DNA of 64,000 nucleotides from Escherichia coli (GTDB lineage Bacteria; Pseudomonadota; Gammaproteobacteria; Enterobacterales; Enterobacteriaceae): NCBI RefSeq assembly GCF_002854065.1, contig NZ_CP024147.1; one strand, 5' to 3'. Shown piece by piece: positions 59,330 to 64,000 of this stretch (position 1 is its first letter; each line of letters starts with the position of its first letter). The notes under the pieces were generated by a model. It saw only the letters and a program-made list of their open reading frames with translations, ran no database searches and was not told where the DNA came from. The position numbers and the translations under genes were made by a program.

Positions 59330-59926
59330 TTATGCGGCTTTTCCATTAACAGATTCGGCCACAAGAACGACAGTGTGTTTGTTTCGCTCAGGATGTTCAC
59401 TCCAGATTTCTGATTCCGGGATGCTTTCCCCGTCATAACTGATCCGTTCGCCATCAAACGGGTAATACCGTGCGGAATCAGTATCTAAAATAAACACCTT
59501 CAGATTCGTTGAACGACGCGCAATATGCTGCCAGAGAGCTTTTCCTCCTTCATATTGCTCGTTATCACTTAATAGTACAACGCCCGCTTTTGTGACTATC
59601 GTTTCATAAACAAACGTTGCAAGACCAACATCGCGTACAGCTCCATCGACAACAATCCCTTCAATCTGAGCAACATCCTGTTCTTCCCAGAATTTCTGGA
59701 CAAACACGCCTTCAAGTCGGGGACGACGCTGAAGCTCCAGAGTGGCAACAACCTTATGGCGAACATCACCATCAATAACAGAAGGTGCAGCTTCGATTAC
59801 CGCAGCAAACGGAGTCTTTGGATCCCAGATGATCTGGTAAAGCACGCCCTGAATAGTTACTCCATCCAGTATCGAAAAACGACGGGCTACAGTAGCAGGG
59901 GAGTAAGACATTGGAATTACAGCCAT
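59330..59926 (-). CDS. Hypothetical protein, ~198 aa, no recognisable domain (candidate novel cargo gene B)
   Basis: ORF-track frame begins with GTG at 59956; first ATG at 59926 (MAVIPMSYSP...); co-oriented with and just downstream of the integrase; convergent with gene A (86-bp gap). Confidence 0.5.
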   Translation of the reverse strand: MAVIPMSYSPATVARRFSILDGVTIQGVLYQIIWDPKTPFAAVIEAAPSVIDGDVRHKVVATLELQRRPRLEGVFVQKFWEEQDVAQIEGIVVDGAVRDVGLATFVYETIVTKAGVVLLSDNEQYEGGKALWQHIARRSTNLKVFILDTDSARYYPFDGERISYDGESIPESEIWSEHPERNKHTVVLVAESVNGKAA

Positions 59927-60055
59927 TTTAGAATCCCCTCTGAGTAATACAGGCACGAAAATTTACCTCAATAATTATAGTAAACAATACCAGAGCCAGG
60001 CGCATCAACAATACTCATCAATTGTACTCAAGTCGTACAACGATCAGGAACGCCC

Positions 60056-61372
60056 TCACCTTCTACCAAACAGATTGACAACATTATTGCCTGTTTGCTG
60101 TTGATAGTTATTAACCCGGTCTTCCCAGATCTCAAGTGCTCTGCGTTTTTCTGGCAAATAATCGTATCGATCATAATGTTTTGAACTGACATCGTTCAAC
60201 GCATGATTTTGAATACGATCGCGGATTTCCTTACTGATTCCAGCTTCTCCCATTAACGTTTTACAGGTCCGACGTAAGTCACGTGCTGTAAAAATTTTAA
60301 AGTCAGGATTACAAGCCCGGAAATACATGATAGCGCGAGCCAGACTGTCCGTACGAACCGGACGCTTACCATTAGTCGAAAGCGGGAAAATGTAAGGGCT
60401 CGATTTTTCTTTTGTTAACTCCTGCACACAAGATAATTCCTGTAATGCTGATTCAGTCAACGGTATCAAATGTTCTCGCTTATTTTTAGAGACATCCGCA
60501 GTCACCAGCAGCGTTTTTTGCTGAAAATCAACATCACACCACTGACTGGCGATCATTTCGAAGGGACGTTGCCCCCCGGTATAGATACAGAATCGGATCA
60601 AATGTTGCATCAATAATCCAACGTTGGTTGCTTCAGCAAAATGTTCCATTAGAAAACGCAACTCTTCGAGTGTCAGCCAGGTGTCACCGACTTTTTCAGC
60701 AGATGACTGTTTCGGTATCACTGATACCGGATTGGCCTCCAGCCCAAAAGTAATCCCTACACTTGTGTTCATCGGATCGTTATCAGCTTTCAGACCATAG
60801 TTAAATGCAGCCATCAGGTAAGAACGGATCCGGTTAGAGTGAACCACTGCACCGCGCTGAATGATCCCGGCCAGGATATGTTTAATCTGTCCGGAAGTCA
60901 CATCTTTAGCTTTAGTCTCACGGGGGATCACTGTATAGCATTCATTTTCAAGGCGTTTCAGAACATCCTGCCATGTTCTCTTATTATCAATTTTCATTTT
61001 GTTAACATAACCATGAATCAATGCTTCAAATGAGCCCTGTGATTGATGGAGTTGTATCCGCTGCTGTTCTGCAAGCTGTTGTCGCTCCAGTTCTGTCTGG
61101 GGATCCTTTCCTTCAATGAGCCAGGCACCATACTTTTTTGCCAGTTCATTCGCTGTAGCCAGTTTCATCTCAGGCCATATACCCAATTGAATGAATCTTT
61201 CTTTTTTCCCTTTTTCCACGTAATAGCGGAAATAGAAAATTTTGCTGCCAGAAGACTGAACTTTGATGCCAAGTCGTCCAGTGCCACGTTGAGAACTGTT
61301 GCTCCAGACATAGAACGATGTCTTTTTTGCTTTCAATGCTCGGATAGCTGTTTCAGTTAGATTGACGGCCAT
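60056..61372 (-). CDS. P4-type tyrosine integrase at the distal island end
   Basis: 438 aa; C-terminal catalytic domain with ARDLRRTC and HALNDVSSKHYDRYDY; adjacent to the att repeat. Confidence 0.9.
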   Translation of the reverse strand: MAVNLTETAIRALKAKKTSFYVWSNSSQRGTGRLGIKVQSSGSKIFYFRYYVEKGKKERFIQLGIWPEMKLATANELAKKYGAWLIEGKDPQTELERQQLAEQQRIQLHQSQGSFEALIHGYVNKMKIDNKRTWQDVLKRLENECYTVIPRETKAKDVTSGQIKHILAGIIQRGAVVHSNRIRSYLMAAFNYGLKADNDPMNTSVGITFGLEANPVSVIPKQSSAEKVGDTWLTLEELRFLMEHFAEATNVGLLMQHLIRFCIYTGGQRPFEMIASQWCDVDFQQKTLLVTADVSKNKREHLIPLTESALQELSCVQELTKEKSSPYIFPLSTNGKRPVRTDSLARAIMYFRACNPDFKIFTARDLRRTCKTLMGEAGISKEIRDRIQNHALNDVSSKHYDRYDYLPEKRRALEIWEDRVNNYQQQTGNNVVNLFGRR

Positions 61373-61568
61373 AGAACCTCTTTTCTAAACCAGTAACAAT
61401 CAAAATAACTCGTAAATTTGGGTCAGGTAATGGGTCAGGTAACGATCGTACAATGGAGAAAAAACGGAACCAAGCGGAAACAGAAGCAATTACATAATTA
61501 CTTGATTATAAACAATTAATAAAACAATTACGAACAAACCAAAACAATATAGAATGGACTTGCCTCAT

Positions 61569-61628
61569 GACTCATAATCGCTTGGTCGCTGGTTCAAGTC
61601 CAGCAGGGGCCACCAGATATAGCAAAGG
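61569..61628 (+). repeat. Right copy of the 60-bp direct repeat (partial tRNA 3' half) bounding the island
   Basis: Identical to 21853-21912; the tRNA 5' half is absent here. Confidence 0.8.
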
Positions 61629-61668
61629 CTGACGAGAAATCGTCAGCCTTTTTCTTTTTATATATCAG

Positions 61669-62433
61669 TTACTTTGCGTGCCAGTAAGCCGCTGCACGTA
61701 CCCGCTGTGGGTCATACTGTTCCGCTTCAAAGCGGCGGCTTAAATTCTTAACGACTTTACCTTCGCCGGTTATCCAGATGAAGTAATCATCGGCAGGGAT
61801 TTGCATCTGCGCCAGACGCGCATCTACCGCCTGCTCATCATGTGCCAGCCATTCGATATTAAAACCATCAAGGTGCGCGAGATAATCCTGACAGGCGTTA
61901 TCCCGCACGCTAACCAGCGCACTAACTTGCGGTTTAACGGCAAGTTTGCTCAACGTTTCCAGGCGGCGGCGCAATGCGGGCATTCCGGATTCATCGCAGA
62001 CATACAGCTGATACGCGTAATCTTCCGGCACCACCAGCGAACCGCGCGGACCTGCCACCGTAAGTTTATCGCCCGGTTGGGCCTGCATTGCCCAGCTACT
62101 GGCGACGCCGTCTTCGTGAATAAAGAAATCAATCGCTAGTTCATGGCGTAGTTCGTCATACAGTGGCGTATAGTCACGCGACGGTGGGCGTGGTCCTTCC
62201 GGCCAGACGATGCCCTCTTCCGTTACCGTTGGCGGCACAAAGTGAGCGTCAGGTTGAGGAAAGAAGAGTTTGCTGTGATCGTCAAAGCCGCGCGATGTAA
62301 AACCGTCCAGCGCCTCGCCGCCAAGGACAATGCGCTGAAAACCGGCGCTGATACGCTCAACGCGTAGCACAGTCAGTTCACGGAACCGCAGATCATTGAG
62401 AACGCGCTGCGGGTAGCGGGGGGAGTTATTCAT
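61669..62433 (-). CDS. yqjH: Siderophore-interacting ferric reductase
   Basis: 254 aa, MNNSPRYPQRVLNDLRFRELTVLRVERISAGFQRI. Confidence 0.9.
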   Translation of the reverse strand: MNNSPRYPQRVLNDLRFRELTVLRVERISAGFQRIVLGGEALDGFTSRGFDDHSKLFFPQPDAHFVPPTVTEEGIVWPEGPRPPSRDYTPLYDELRHELAIDFFIHEDGVASSWAMQAQPGDKLTVAGPRGSLVVPEDYAYQLYVCDESGMPALRRRLETLSKLAVKPQVSALVSVRDNACQDYLAHLDGFNIEWLAHDEQAVDARLAQMQIPADDYFIWITGEGKVVKNLSRRFEAEQYDPQRVRAAAYWHAK

Positions 62434-62458
62434 TGTTATCGCCTTCGTGATGGTAATC

Positions 62459-62468
62459 AGATATATCT
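62459..62468. promoter_or_regulatory. Perfect palindrome AGATATATCT in the yqjH promoter region (candidate YqjI operator)
   Basis: Shares the core AGATATATCTAA with the site upstream of yqjI. Confidence 0.45.
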
Positions 62469-62586
62469 AAATAATTTTCGCAAATGATAATGATTGTTAA
62501 TCATGATAAATGCAAGCGATTTGTAGAACTGATATGTCTAGAGTCTGATAAGACGAACCGCCTCTTCTCAGGCATCATTACTCAAC

Positions 62587-62622
62587 GCCGGATGCGGCGT
62601 GAACGCCTTATCCGGCCTACGT
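62587..62622. repeat. REP element in the yqjH-yqjI intergenic region
   Basis: cgccggatgcggcgtgaacgccttatccggcctacg. Confidence 0.7.
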
Positions 62623-62686
62623 GTGAGATGAGTCCACATTTAAAAATCATTTTTATTCTTGCAAGAGTGCTCATATCAGATATAAA

Positions 62687-62700
62687 TTAGATATATCTAA
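62687..62700. promoter_or_regulatory. Perfect 14-bp palindrome TTAGATATATCTAA just upstream of yqjI (candidate YqjI autoregulatory operator)
   Basis: Lies about 20 bp upstream of the yqjI start codon, overlapping the likely promoter. Confidence 0.45.
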
Positions 62701-62720
62701 TTAAGCAAAAGGAGGCTGAT

Positions 62721-63344
62721 ATGAGCCATCATCACGAAGGGTGTTGTAAACATGAAGGCCAGCCACGCCATGAGGGCTGCTGCAAAGGTGAGAAGTCAGA
62801 ACACGAGCACTGCGGACACGGTCACCAGCATGAACACGGTCAATGTTGCGGTGGTCGCCACGGTCGCGGCGGCGGTCGTCGGCAACGTTTCTTTGGTCAC
62901 GGTGAATTGCGTCTGGTGATTCTGGATATTCTCTCGCGCGATGACAGCCACGGTTACGAATTGATTAAAGCGATTGAGAATCTAACCCAGGGGAATTACA
63001 CCCCAAGCCCGGGCGTCATCTACCCGACGCTGGATTTTCTGCAGGAGCAGTCGCTGATTACCATCCGCGAAGAGGAAGGAGGTAAGAAGCAGATTGCGCT
63101 GACCGAACAAGGCGCGCAGTGGCTGGAAGAAAACCGCGAACAGGTGGAGATGATTGAAGAACGCATCAAAGCGCGTTGCGTTGGTGCTGCGCTGCGCCAG
63201 AACCCGCAAATGAAGCGGGCGCTGGATAATTTTAAAGCGGTGCTGGATTTACGCGTCAACCAGAGCGATATCACTGATGCACAAATAAAAAAGATCATTG
63301 CGGTGATCGACCGCGCCGCTTTTGATATTACGCAACTGGATTAA
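62721..63344 (+). CDS. yqjI: PadR-family metal-responsive regulator with His/Cys-rich N-terminus
   Basis: 207 aa, MSHHHEGCCKHEGQPRHEGCCKGEKSEHEHCGHGHQHEHGQCC. Confidence 0.9.
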   Translation: MSHHHEGCCKHEGQPRHEGCCKGEKSEHEHCGHGHQHEHGQCCGGRHGRGGGRRQRFFGHGELRLVILDILSRDDSHGYELIKAIENLTQGNYTPSPGVIYPTLDFLQEQSLITIREEEGGKKQIALTEQGAQWLEENREQVEMIEERIKARCVGAALRQNPQMKRALDNFKAVLDLRVNQSDITDAQIKKIIAVIDRAAFDITQLD

Positions 63345-63353
63345 TCACCGATT

Positions 63354-63417
63354 GCCGGATGCGGCGTACCCTACACACCCCGTAGGCCTGATAAGATGCG
63401 CCAGCATCGCATCAGGC
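63354..63417. repeat. REP elements downstream of yqjI
   Basis: gccggatgcggcg... and cgtaggcctgataagatgcgccagcatcgcatcaggc. Confidence 0.7.
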
Positions 63418-63450
63418 ATCGTGTATCAAATACCGGATCCGGCATACCGA

Positions 63451-64000
63451 TTAATGCAGCACCGTCACCGCGTCTTCCAGTCGGCTGGCGCGGTGTTTCA
63501 CCATCGCCGACACCTGCGCACTCTCTTCCACCAGCTCGGCATTTTTCTGGGTGATGAGGTTAAGCTCATCCACTGCACGGGTCAGGCTGGAAAGCCCATC
63601 GGTCTGTTCCAGCGTTGAATGGCTAATCTGGGCGATCAATTGGGTGACGTTTTTCACCTGTGCCACAATATCTTCCATCGTACGTCCGGCGGCGTGTACC
63701 TGCTGCGAACCGGATTGCACCTTATCAGCACTGGCATCAATCAGCTTGCGAATATCGTTGGCAGCATTGGCGCTGCGGCTGGCTAAATGACGCACTTCCC
63801 CCGCCACCACTGCAAAACCTTTGCCCTGTTCGCCGGCACGCGCCGCTTCCACCGCCGCATTCAGGGCCAGAATATTGGTCTGAAACGCAATATCGTTAAT
63901 CAGCGAAGTAATGGTGCCAATGCGCTGGGTACTGTCGGCGATATCGTCCATTGTCTTGATCACCGTGGTCATCGCCTCCCCGCCCTGCACTGCCGCATTA
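63451..64000 (-). CDS. aer: Aerotaxis receptor Aer, C-terminal signalling domain (5' end beyond window)
   Basis: Methyl-accepting chemotaxis signalling-domain repeats, ends ...[10 protein letters not shown]. Confidence 0.85.
   Translation of the reverse strand, partial: NAAVQGGEAMTTVIKTMDDIADSTQRIGTITSLINDIAFQTNILALNAAVEAARAGEQGKGFAVVAGEVRHLASRSANAANDIRKLIDASADKVQSGSQQVHAAGRTMEDIVAQVKNVTQLIAQISHSTLEQTDGLSSLTRAVDELNLITQKNAELVEESAQVSAMVKHRASRLEDAVTVLH

Overview
Enterobacterial (E. coli-like) chromosomal segment with conserved core genes on both sides of a ~39.7 kb genomic island inserted at the 3' half of a tRNA-Ile(CAU) gene (ileX-like). All protein calls rest on my reading of the six-frame translations and recalled family sequences, not on a database search. 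Left core (1-21.9 kb): yqiK (partial), tandem ibs/sib type I toxin-antitoxin repeats, hldE, glnE, ygiF, ygiM, cca, REP cluster, uppP, folB, plsY, ttdR-ttdABT, tsaD, rpsU-dnaG-rpoD, mug, tRNA. Right core (61.6-64 kb): yqjH, yqjI, aer (partial). The island is mosaic. Its tRNA-proximal arm resembles CP4-6/CP4-44-type elements (cbtA/cbeA toxin-antitoxin, yeeT, radC-like, antirestriction, DUF932, Ag43 autotransporter, YeeP-like GTPase). The middle is cargo: an EcoR124-like type IC restriction-modification locus whose hsdR is cut by IS1, a pgaABCD plus dgcT-like module bracketed by two direct IS1 copies with an IS5 carrying a nested IS1, an internal second integrase, IS903, and an IS3-split helicase remnant. 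The distal arm is P4/PICI-like (replication-type genes, alpA, terminal integrase). The most interesting candidate for an undescribed system is a convergent pair of uncharacterised genes (543 aa and ~198 aa) sitting between the terminal integrase and alpA; I recognise no domain in either, so their function is a hypothesis only. No CRISPR array and no rRNA were seen.
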